Below, piece by piece: positions 1 to 7,944 of a DNA stretch of 64,000 nucleotides. Within the stretch, counting starts at the first letter, position 1. Every line of letters starts with the position of its first letter. The translations under genes were made by a program, and so were the position numbers. A model generated the notes under the pieces. The model worked only from the letters and a program-made list of their open reading frames with translations. It was not told the DNA's origin and did no database searches. This DNA comes from an uncultured Rhodothermales bacterium (lineage in GTDB: Bacteria > Bacteroidota > Rhodothermia > Rhodothermales > VXPQ01): the NCBI GenBank assembly GCA_965651265.1, contig CBFGRV010000017.1, forward strand, positions 358 through 64,357. Direction: 5' to 3'.

Positions 1-362
1 GGAAAAAACGCGACGCCGAGTGCGGCCACGCCGGCCGTGACGGCCGCCTGGCGGTCAGCCCAGCGAAATCTGTTGTCATAGCCACGATACGTGAACAGGA
101 AGAGGGCGAGAGCCATCAGCAGTCCCACGAAAACGGACACGGAGCCGGAGTAGTAGTACTCGCTGACGGAATCCATCAGGTCCCAGGGGCCGTACGGAGG
201 TGTTGGTCGGAGTGCGGCAATCAGCACGAGCAAAATCGGCATCGCGAGGCCGATGTATCCGATCAGCTGCCGATGCGCGTGATCGGACAGATCATCGAAT
301 TGATGCGGAATCGACTTTGGGCGCCGGTCCGATTCCGTGGTGGCACGCGTCAACGTGGCCAT
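1..362 (-). CDS. Membrane protein; N-terminus present, C-terminus cut by the window edge
   Basis: Hand translation of the minus strand from the ATG (reverse complement of 360-362) gives MATLTRATTESDRRPKSIPHQFDDLSDHAHRQLIGYIGLAMPILLVLIAAL... It stays open to position 1 and has hydrophobic helices. It starts 16 nt downstream of the M28 peptidase stop on the same strand. It is absent from the supplied ORF track because it runs off the edge. Confidence 0.45.
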   Translation of the reverse strand, partial: MATLTRATTESDRRPKSIPHQFDDLSDHAHRQLIGYIGLAMPILLVLIAALRPTPPYGPWDLMDSVSEYYYSGSVSVFVGLLMALALFLFTYRGYDNRFRWADRQAAVTAGVAALGVAFF

Positions 363-378
363 GGCGTCGCTCGATGTT

Positions 379-2091
379 TTACATCCCTGCCGCTGCCTCT
401 GATTGGGCTCGTGTCTCGGCAAACGCCTCGCTCTCGTTCCATCGCGGACGCACAGTCGAGTTTGCCAGAGTGTAACCAAGCCGAAAGGCTACCCTTGCCT
501 GCTGGAGGATCCCGCCGAAGAGCATCCCCTCGTGCAGTTCGTCAGACGGAGCGTGGTAGCGATTCATGCGGTAATCGGATTTGATCTGATCGGCATAATC
601 GGCGGGTCGTCCCCTGAACCGGCTACCCGTGTTGAGGAAAACGGCGGGGACGCCGGAACGCGCGAACGCCAGCTGATCGCTGCGGAAGAAGAGGCCTTGA
701 TTCGGCTGGTTGTCCGGCGTCACCGTCATTCCTTCGCCGGCGGCCGCCGCGCGCAGCAACCCCAGCATCTCGCTGCGCTCGGCGCCGATCCCCACGATGT
801 CATCCGTCGGCCCGTATAGATTGCCGGAATCGACGTTGATGTTGGCGATAGTGTGCGCAAGCGGGATGACAGGATCCACGACGTAGTGCTCGGCGCCGAG
901 GAGCCCGCTCTCTTCAGCCGTCAGCGTGACGAACAGGACCGTCCGAGCCGGCGGCTCCGCCGCACTGAATGCCTCGGCGATCTCAAGCACCATGGCCACG
1001 CCGGAGGCATTGTCCACGGCTCCGTTGTAGATCCCATCCTCACCGGCTGATTCCATGTCCTCATCGATGCCGAGATGATCGTGGTGGGCTGTGTAGACGA
1101 TGGCCTCGTGGGGCCGCGATGCACCGACAATCTTCCCGAGCACGTTCGTGCCGCTGAAACGGCGTGTCTCAAATGTCATGGAGAGTGACGCGGTGACGGG
1201 GAGTTCCCGCGGCTGAAAATCCCGCGAGGCTGCCTCTTGCAGCCACTCGTCGAGGGTGCTCCCGCTCATCTCGGCGAGCCGTTCCGCCGTCGTCCGCGTA
1301 ATCCAACCCTTGAGCTGAAGCGGATTCTCCGGCGGCGACGCCAGTTGAATCTGCTCGCCCCTTGCACCTGCCGAAAGCACAGTGAAGGGGTAGCCTGCCA
1401 TCTCATCCGTGTGTATCAGAAAGACGCCGGCGGCACCTCGTCGCCGCGCCTCCTCATACTTGTATGTCCATCGGCCATTGTAGGTGAGCGTGTCGGCCTG
1501 GAAAAGGTTCGGCTCCTCGGGCGTCGCCGGTGGATCGTTGACGAAAGCGACGAGGACCTTTCCCGTTACATCGACATCCTTGAAGTCATCCCACTGATAC
1601 CCGGGATTGGTGATGCCGTAGCCGACGAAAACGAGCGGCCCGTCGATCGAGGCCTCGGTCGCGTCGAGGTCCGTGGAGGCGACGTAGTCGTCGACGAACG
1701 ACAGCCGTATGGGCTCGCCGTCCTCCGGAGTGAGGACCAGCGTGCCGACATCGACCGGCGTCGAACCAAGCAGGGGGACCTCCTGAAAGAACCCGCCATC
1801 GGGCGCCGCGCCGACCAATCCAATCGCCTGCATCTGCTCGCGGATGTACTCGACCGTCCTCTCTTCGCCCGGCCTGCCGGTGCCGCGCCCCTCGAACTCG
1901 TCGGAGGCGAGCACGGCGATGTGCCCGCGGAGATCCGTGCTGTCGATGGCCGCCAGGGCGGCCGCGGGAACGGGCTGCACTTCGGCAGTGAGGGCGTCCG
2001 TGTCGCCCGCCGCATCGCCTCGCGAGGCGGAATCATCGCAGGCAATGAGCAGGAGCGGGAAAAAGACGGCAAGCCAAAAAGAACGTCGCAT
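379..2091 (-). CDS. M28 family metallopeptidase (aminopeptidase with PA domain), lipoprotein
   Basis: ORF 379..2127. Zinc-ligand motifs are present: HHDHLG, DNASGVA and TAEESGLLGAEH. I prefer the internal ATG at 2089-2091 because it gives the lipoprotein signal MRRSFWLAVFFPLLLIAC. Confidence 0.85.
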   Translation of the reverse strand: MRRSFWLAVFFPLLLIACDDSASRGDAAGDTDALTAEVQPVPAAALAAIDSTDLRGHIAVLASDEFEGRGTGRPGEERTVEYIREQMQAIGLVGAAPDGGFFQEVPLLGSTPVDVGTLVLTPEDGEPIRLSFVDDYVASTDLDATEASIDGPLVFVGYGITNPGYQWDDFKDVDVTGKVLVAFVNDPPATPEEPNLFQADTLTYNGRWTYKYEEARRRGAAGVFLIHTDEMAGYPFTVLSAGARGEQIQLASPPENPLQLKGWITRTTAERLAEMSGSTLDEWLQEAASRDFQPRELPVTASLSMTFETRRFSGTNVLGKIVGASRPHEAIVYTAHHDHLGIDEDMESAGEDGIYNGAVDNASGVAMVLEIAEAFSAAEPPARTVLFVTLTAEESGLLGAEHYVVDPVIPLAHTIANINVDSGNLYGPTDDIVGIGAERSEMLGLLRAAAAGEGMTVTPDNQPNQGLFFRSDQLAFARSGVPAVFLNTGSRFRGRPADYADQIKSDYRMNRYHAPSDELHEGMLFGGILQQARVAFRLGYTLANSTVRPRWNESEAFAETRAQSEAAAGM

Positions 2092-2234
2092 CGGAGAGCA
2101 CAAGAGTGAAAGAGGGACGCGGCCCACTGCGAGCAGCGTCTAGTCGAAAAGTAGGCGTGTAAGATAGGAAATTGAACGACGTGGCGAAGGAAGCCGAGCG
2201 AGCCTACCTTTGACAACCAACGAGATCGATAAGA

Positions 2235-3029
2235 ATGTCCGCTGAAGTCGTTCGGATCTGTCGCTACCCGGTCAAGGGGCTGAGTGCCGAGGACCTGCCC
2301 GGCGCTGACCTGGACGCCGGCAAAGCCATCCCGCACGATCGCCGATTTGCGCTTGCCCGTCCAGGTACGGAGTTCGATCCGGCGAATCCCGAGTGGATGC
2401 CCAAGACGCGGTTCTTGATGCTGATGCGCGATGAAGAGCTGGCCCAACTCCGTTCTCGATTCGATGAGCACAATGGCTACCTCACCATCGCTCGAGACGG
2501 CCGGACGGTCCTTCGTGCGAGGATCACGGACCCCGAAGGAAAGGAGGAGTTGGCCGATTTCTTTGCCATGTTCATGCGCAATACCATCGGCGAAAAACCC
2601 CACGTGGTGGAAGCGCCGGGGCACACCTTTGCGGACGCCGAACGGCGGCCACACGCCGCGACAGGCCAGTACGTCTCGATTGTAAACCTTTCCAGCGTCA
2701 GGGCTCTGGAGGCCTTCGTGGGCATGGCCGTGGATCCTCTCCGCTTTCGGGCAAACTTCTATGTCGAAGGATGGCCGGCGTGGCGGGAGCTCGATATGGT
2801 TGGATCGGACCTCGCCATCGGTGAGGCCCGACTCAGGGTAGTCTCCCGGATCAAGCGCTGTGCGGCGACGGAGGTGAACCCCACCACCGCCGAGCGCGAC
2901 GTGAACATCCCGAAGAAACTCCAGGTGGGCTTCGGGCACGTCTTCATGGGCTTATATGCGGAGGTCATTGCACCCGGACGCGTCGAGGTCGGCGATCGCA
3001 TCCGCCACGAAACCCAGATTGCCCATTGA
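2235..3029 (+). CDS. MOSC domain-containing protein (YcbX-like, no ferredoxin domain)
   Basis: The N-terminal beta-barrel motif ICRYPVKGL is present, as is the conserved MOSC cysteine context SRIKRCAATEVNPTTAERD. Confidence 0.8.
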   Translation: MSAEVVRICRYPVKGLSAEDLPGADLDAGKAIPHDRRFALARPGTEFDPANPEWMPKTRFLMLMRDEELAQLRSRFDEHNGYLTIARDGRTVLRARITDPEGKEELADFFAMFMRNTIGEKPHVVEAPGHTFADAERRPHAATGQYVSIVNLSSVRALEAFVGMAVDPLRFRANFYVEGWPAWRELDMVGSDLAIGEARLRVVSRIKRCAATEVNPTTAERDVNIPKKLQVGFGHVFMGLYAEVIAPGRVEVGDRIRHETQIAH

Positions 3030-3610
3030 GTCCATTCGAATACATTCTACCCCTCGTGTCTGTGCTGGTCGGCCTGGCCCTGGCCGATCTCGTGGTCAGC
3101 CTTCACGGGCTCCTGAGGCGCCGCCGGGATGTGAAATGGGACTGGCTTCCGCTTGCCGCCGCCCTACTTGCGGTACTCGCCGTCCTGGAGACGTGGTGGA
3201 ATTTCTATGCCGCGCGCGACGATGAATTCTACGCGACACTCGGCGGATTCATCCCGCTCGCCGTGCAGCTCATCCTGCTCTTCCTACTCACAGCCGCGGC
3301 GCTGCCCGATAGGGTGGACGGGGGCGGCGCTGATCTGCGCACTTTCTACGTGGATAATGCAGGCTACTTCTGGACGTTATTTGCGGTCTACGTCGGATTC
3401 ATCCTGCTCATCAGGATCATCGCCCTCATCGGAACCGGCGGAAGTGGATTCGGGAGCGTCATCCTGAGTATGATTCCAAGCGTTGTGCTGCTCGGCCTCT
3501 TCATTGTCCTGGCGCGGGTTCGACGTCGATGGTTTCACGCCGTCGCGGTGATCGTTCTACTTGCCATGTTTGTCATTGAGTGGTCTGGACTGAGCCTCGA
3601 AAGCAGCTGA
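3026..3610 (+). CDS. Polytopic membrane protein, unknown function
   Basis: 194-aa ORF with about 5-6 hydrophobic helices. Its start overlaps the MOSC stop by 4 nt (ATGA). Confidence 0.55.
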   Translation: MSPFEYILPLVSVLVGLALADLVVSLHGLLRRRRDVKWDWLPLAAALLAVLAVLETWWNFYAARDDEFYATLGGFIPLAVQLILLFLLTAAALPDRVDGGGADLRTFYVDNAGYFWTLFAVYVGFILLIRIIALIGTGGSGFGSVILSMIPSVVLLGLFIVLARVRRRWFHAVAVIVLLAMFVIEWSGLSLESS

Positions 3611-3655
3611 CGTATCCACGAACGCCGTCGCAATCACCTCTGATCACTTCCGTCG

Positions 3656-5119
3656 ATGCCGTACCGAAAGATCTCACGCAAGGATTTCATCAAGCAGACG
3701 ACGGCGGCCATGGCGGGAGCGGCCTTCGCCCCTCCACTCACCATCCTGGCCCGCAATTCGCACCGCCGGCCGCTAAAACGCATCGATCTCGTCGGCACGG
3801 GCATCCGAGGAGTGAGCTTCTGGGGTCGCACCGTGCGCGAGCGCTATTCGGATGTGGCCGAGTTCGTCGGTCTCTGCGACATCAACCCGGGACGCCTGGA
3901 ATTCGCGCGCAACCATATCGGTGTCGAATGCCCAACGTTCACCGACTTCGATGAGATGTTGGATCGGACCAGCCCGGACATGCTCATCGTCTGCACGGTC
4001 GATGCCACTCACGACGAGTTCATCGTCAAAGGTCTTGAACGGGACATCGACGTGCTCACCGAGAAGCCGTTAACCACCGATGAAGAAAAGTGTCAGCGGA
4101 TTCTGGATGCGGAGGCGAGATCGAAAGGTAGCTTGATCGTCGGATTCAACTATCGGTACAGCCCGCATCACACACGCCTCAAGGAGCTACTCGTCAACCA
4201 GCGGGTGGGAAAGATCACCTCAGTCGATTTCCACTGGTACCTGAACGTGTACCATGGCGCGTCCTACTTCCGTCGCTGGCACGGCATCACGGCAAAGAGC
4301 GGCACCCTCCTGGTTCACAAGGCATCGCACCACTTCGACCTCTTGAACTGGTGGCTCGATTCCGAGCCGGTCGAGGTCTACGCCGAAGGCGCCCTTGAGC
4401 ATTACGGAAGCAATAATCCGTTTCGTGGCGACAAATGTAGGGGCTGCCCCCACCAGAATCGGTGCGACTTCTACTGGGACATCACCAGAGACCGGATGTT
4501 GATGGAGTTGTACGTCGCCAACGAACATCACGACGGATACATTCGGGACAACTGCCTCTGGCGGCACGAGATCGACATCTATGACAGGATGTCCGTGCAG
4601 ATCAAATACGCGAACGACGTGCAGGTGACCTACTCCCTGACCACGTACTCGCCTTACGAAGGAATGCAGATCGCCTTCAACGGCACGACGGGAAGGATCG
4701 ATGCCTGGCACGGAATCCCCTGGCGAGAGCGAGAACGAATCGATCAGGCCGCACTCTACGCCCAGGGCATGTCCCAGGAAGAAGTCGAGGAGGCTTCCGA
4801 CTTCGAGGAGATCATGGTGATGGACAACTTCAGCGAGGAATACGAGCAGATCCGCGTCTATCAGGAGCGGGGCGGCCACGGAGGCGGCGACATCAGGTTG
4901 CAGAACGAGATCTTCCGCGATCCCGACATGCCCGATCCGCTGGGACATCGGGCCGGTATTCGCGATGGGGCCATGGCCGTCCTCATCGGTATCGCCGCCC
5001 GAAAGAGCATCGAGAGTGGTGAGCCCATACGAATCGCTGACCTGACCTCGCTCGTGCCCCATCCGACGCGCGCTTCAGGTGGCACCGCGCCCCGCACGCC
5101 GGCGCGAGACATACGGTAA
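3656..5119 (+). CDS. Gfo/Idh/MocA family oxidoreductase with Tat-like signal
   Basis: The N-terminus ISRKDFIKQTTAAMAGAAFAPP resembles the Tat leader of periplasmic Gfo/Idh/MocA enzymes. A Rossmann segment KRIDLVGTGIRG is present. The last ~25 aa (PTRASGGTAPRTPARDIR) look like read-through into a degraded junction. Confidence 0.8.
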   Translation: MPYRKISRKDFIKQTTAAMAGAAFAPPLTILARNSHRRPLKRIDLVGTGIRGVSFWGRTVRERYSDVAEFVGLCDINPGRLEFARNHIGVECPTFTDFDEMLDRTSPDMLIVCTVDATHDEFIVKGLERDIDVLTEKPLTTDEEKCQRILDAEARSKGSLIVGFNYRYSPHHTRLKELLVNQRVGKITSVDFHWYLNVYHGASYFRRWHGITAKSGTLLVHKASHHFDLLNWWLDSEPVEVYAEGALEHYGSNNPFRGDKCRGCPHQNRCDFYWDITRDRMLMELYVANEHHDGYIRDNCLWRHEIDIYDRMSVQIKYANDVQVTYSLTTYSPYEGMQIAFNGTTGRIDAWHGIPWRERERIDQAALYAQGMSQEEVEEASDFEEIMVMDNFSEEYEQIRVYQERGGHGGGDIRLQNEIFRDPDMPDPLGHRAGIRDGAMAVLIGIAARKSIESGEPIRIADLTSLVPHPTRASGGTAPRTPARDIR

Positions 5120-5445
5120 TGCGAAGAGGTAGAGCCCGGTAAAGAGAAGCAAGAAAAGCGGAAAGAGCGGCGCATAGGTGATCCAGGCGGGGGGCTCCGC
5201 CGGCGATGCTCCTCGATCTCGACGAAGCGACAGCTCACGACCCCGTCCCAACCAGGCTGTGGCGGCGCCATCAACACAAAGTCTGCGTCTTCTCGCAGCT
5301 CGAGATCGACGGCCGGAAGCAGCCACTTCGAAAGCAGGTTCGGATCCGTCAATGCCCGCCACACCTTCTTCGGCGGATGACGAAGCTCGAGCTCGAAGGC
5401 GATGGTCTGCCTTTGCGATTTGTCTGTCTTGTCGATGGGGTTCAT
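5075..5445 (-). pseudogene. SRPBCC/AHSA1-like gene, apparently truncated or frameshifted after about 82 codons
   Basis: The first ~82 aa (MNPIDKTDKSQRQTIAFELELRHPPKKVWRALTDPNLLSKWLL...VVSCRFVEIEEHRR) look like the N-terminal half of an Aha1/SRPBCC domain. The rest of ORF 4861..5445 is antisense to the Gfo gene and low-complexity. A G6 run at 5189-5194 separates this frame from a frame encoding a hydrophobic tail (WITYAPLFPLFLLLFTGLYLFALPYVSRRR, stop at 5075). Its start overlaps the arsR stop by 4 nt. Confidence 0.5.
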
Positions 5446-5768
5446 TCTTCCATGTCGTCAAGGAGCTTTTCGAGGCGGTCGATGCGGTCGGACCAGAACG
5501 CCTGATAGTGCGCGATCCAGTCGATGAGGGGCTTCATGCCCCGCGGCTCGACGCGGTAGTAAACGCATCGGCCCTCGCGACGGCCACGAACCAGACCTGC
5601 ATCTTTCAAGGCTGCGAGATGCTGCGAGACGGCCGGCTGCGAAATATGAAAACGTGCCGTGAGGTCTTTCACCGCCGACTCACCGTGGGTCAGCGACTCA
5701 AAGATCGCACGACGACTCGGGTCCGCCAGGGCCTGGAAGATCTTATTCTCGACTGAAGTGCCGGGCAT
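5442..5768 (-). CDS. ArsR/SmtB family transcriptional regulator
   Basis: ALADPSRRAIFESL followed by the HTH segment ISQPAVSQHLAALKDAGLV. 108 aa. Confidence 0.9.
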   Translation of the reverse strand: MPGTSVENKIFQALADPSRRAIFESLTHGESAVKDLTARFHISQPAVSQHLAALKDAGLVRGRREGRCVYYRVEPRGMKPLIDWIAHYQAFWSDRIDRLEKLLDDMEE

Positions 5769-5775
5769 GGGATAA

Positions 5776-5795
5776 ACATAAGTGAGGACTTATGT
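5776..5795. promoter_or_regulatory. Perfect 8-4-8 inverted repeat ACATAAGT-GAGG-ACTTATGT, candidate ArsR operator
   Basis: Read directly from the sequence. It lies 8 nt upstream of the arsR start codon (5766-5768, minus strand). ArsR/SmtB repressors typically autoregulate through inverted repeats overlapping their own promoter. Confidence 0.5.
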
Positions 5796-5920
5796 ATTGT
5801 CAACTACCCCAAGGCCGGCTTCGCGATTTGATAACCCATTCATCATTTCGCTCGCCTGGAGCGCGAGCCGCACGGGGGCACGGATGCGTGTGAACGCGCA
5901 CGCGGTAGCGGCCCGTAGAA

Positions 5921-5940
5921 TTGTCCAGCCGCCTGGACAA
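5921..5940 (+). other. Perfect 8-bp stem / 4-nt loop hairpin TTGTCCAG-CCGC-CTGGACAA in the leader of the UPF0126/TRIC gene
   Basis: Read directly from the sequence. It lies 113 nt upstream of the GTG start at 6053. No U-tract follows it on either strand. Confidence 0.4.
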
Positions 5941-6052
5941 AATGAAGCACCCCTGACACAGTGACCCGCATTTCTTATCGTTTGCTGGTGCGTACAAAGG
6001 ATCAACCGCCTTCGTAAATGCCCACCTCGTCTAAGCACGACTTCCCCCAGCC

Positions 6053-6670
6053 GTGATCCTGTACGTTCTCGATCTACTCGGGGTAGCCGTTTTCGCGATC
6101 AGCGGCGCACTCGCCGCAGGCCGTAAGAGTCTGGATCTGTTGGGAGTCCTCGTCATCGCCGTGGTGACGGCCATAGGTGGTGGCACGATACGCGACCTCC
6201 TTCTCGATCGACATCCCATCTTCTGGATCGCCGACACGAGGTACCTCGTCGTTATCTCCATCGCCGCACTCGTCACGCTCGCGTACGCACGCTACCGTCC
6301 TGCGCCCGGCAACTCCCTTCTAATCGCCGACGCCTTCGGTCTCGCCATCTTTGCGGTCATTGGCGCGCAGATCGCAGAAGACGCCGGGCAAACCGGAATC
6401 ATCGTCGTCGTCATGGGCACCATCACTGGTGTCGCGGGCGGCGTACTGCGCGATGTCCTCAGCGCCGAGGTCCCGCTGATCTTGCGCCGGGACGTCTATG
6501 CGACGGCCGCGATCGCCGGCGCATCGCTCTATCTGCTGGCGCAGGAGATCGGCGCCACCAGGCCCGTCGCAGCCATCATCGGGATGGTTGCCGTTGCGAT
6601 CCTCCGCCTCCTTGCCATTTATCGCGGGCTGCGCCTACCCGTTTTTCGGTTGCCTCAGGATCCCATGTAA
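6053..6670 (+). CDS. UPF0126 / bacterial TRIC-type cation channel family protein (Pfam 'glycine transporter' family)
   Basis: Two internal repeats each carry the family signature: [10 protein letters not shown] and GGVLRDVL. About seven hydrophobic helices. 205 aa. Confidence 0.85.
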   Translation: MILYVLDLLGVAVFAISGALAAGRKSLDLLGVLVIAVVTAIGGGTIRDLLLDRHPIFWIADTRYLVVISIAALVTLAYARYRPAPGNSLLIADAFGLAIFAVIGAQIAEDAGQTGIIVVVMGTITGVAGGVLRDVLSAEVPLILRRDVYATAAIAGASLYLLAQEIGATRPVAAIIGMVAVAILRLLAIYRGLRLPVFRLPQDPM

Positions 6671-6735
6671 CATCATTTTCGCCTCATCCGTAATGCGTTC
6701 GTGTCGGTTGCACTTCTCTATTCCATGGAACCCTC

Positions 6736-7869
6736 ATGAAGCGCGCTACGAAGGTCATCCTCTCCCTGGTCATTCTCATTGCAGTAGCCGGCGCAGCAGC
6801 TGCGGTGATCGCCAACAACAATGGCTCGCAGGATGGGCAGATTCCGGCGGTCGAGGTCACGCGCGGCGACATCGTCGATAAGGCCCTCGCCGTCGGCACC
6901 ATCGAGCCGCGCGTCGAGATCAGCGTCAAATCGCAGTTTTCCGGTATCGTTAAGCGGCAGTTCGCCGAGGTCGGCAGCTTCGTGCAGGCGGGCACACCGC
7001 TCCTCGAGGTGCAGCCCAACCCGACCCCGCAGGAGCTCGTGGATGCCGAGCGCCGCATCGAGATGCGTCAGATCGAGCTCGGCAAGCTCGAAGCCGAGTA
7101 CCAGCGCCAGAAGCAGCTTCTGGACAGGCAACTCATTTCCGATCAGGAGTTCGAGCAATCCAAGCAGGAGTACGAACAATCCAAGCTTCAGCTTCAGATG
7201 GCACGTGAGCAGCTCGCATTGCTCCGTGAAGGTAAAGTGACCACCGAAAACGGCAGCTTCGAAACCGTCGTCCGCGCGCCAATTAGCGGATACATCCTCG
7301 ATCGGATGGTAGAAGTCGGCGACCCCGTGGTGCCGCTCACGTCCTACCAGGAGGGCACGCCCCTCATGTCGATGGCCAACATGGACGACCTCCTCTTCCG
7401 CGGCACGGTAGACGAGATTGACGTCGGGCGATTGATGGAGGGGATGCCTGCCAGGATCAAGGTCGGGGCGCTTCCGAACGCGGAGGTCACCGGGCGACTC
7501 TCGAAGATCTGGCTCAAGGCGCAGAAGGAAGAGAATTCGACCGTCTTCCCCGTTGAGATCGAGATACTCGAAGCCGTCGAGCGACCAACCGACCAGCCCG
7601 AAGCAGAACCCCGGCCCGTGGTGCTCCGAGCCGGCTACTCCGCCAACTCGGAGATCATCATCGAGCAGCGGGAGGATGTGCTACTCGTCCCGGAGCGAGT
7701 CATCGACTTCGTTGGTGACTCGGCCACGGTTCGCGTGCGGAAGGCAGATAACGCGACGGAGGAGCGCGTCATCCAGACGGGTCTCAGCGACGCCATCAAC
7801 ATCGAGGTCGTCGGCGGTCTCGAAGAAGGGGAGTGGGTCGCCGAGAAGCCTCCAAAAGAGATCAAGTAA
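6736..7869 (+). CDS. Efflux periplasmic adaptor subunit (HlyD/MacA-like membrane fusion protein)
   Basis: An N-terminal TM anchor, a lipoyl-like segment, and a long coiled-coil hairpin (ELVDAERRIEMRQIELGKLEAEYQRQKQLLD...EQSKLQLQMAREQLALL), followed by a beta-barrel domain. Confidence 0.85.
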   Translation: MKRATKVILSLVILIAVAGAAAAVIANNNGSQDGQIPAVEVTRGDIVDKALAVGTIEPRVEISVKSQFSGIVKRQFAEVGSFVQAGTPLLEVQPNPTPQELVDAERRIEMRQIELGKLEAEYQRQKQLLDRQLISDQEFEQSKQEYEQSKLQLQMAREQLALLREGKVTTENGSFETVVRAPISGYILDRMVEVGDPVVPLTSYQEGTPLMSMANMDDLLFRGTVDEIDVGRLMEGMPARIKVGALPNAEVTGRLSKIWLKAQKEENSTVFPVEIEILEAVERPTDQPEAEPRPVVLRAGYSANSEIIIEQREDVLLVPERVIDFVGDSATVRVRKADNATEERVIQTGLSDAINIEVVGGLEEGEWVAEKPPKEIK

Positions 7870-7944
7870 CTCGGCGATGGTGCTCGGAGCGGGCATTCGA
7901 GCCGCGCTCCGAAGCTGATGCTCGTCTGAACACCCTCCGCATCG

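Noticed and set aside
1566-2939. 457-aa minus-strand ORF spanning the M28 peptidase, the intergenic gap and the MOSC gene
   Set aside because: It is antisense or out of frame to two genes with clear family motifs. It is Arg/Pro/Ser-rich and low-complexity, and it crosses a divergent promoter region. This is a typical high-GC shadow ORF.
5860-5960. Confident call of a canonical glycine riboswitch upstream of the UPF0126 gene
   Set aside because: Only loose resemblance to the aptamer core was found. The CACCGAAGGGGCAA and CUCAGGCAAAAGGAC blocks are not reproduced. It is kept only as a hypothesis in the findings, not as an annotated ncRNA.
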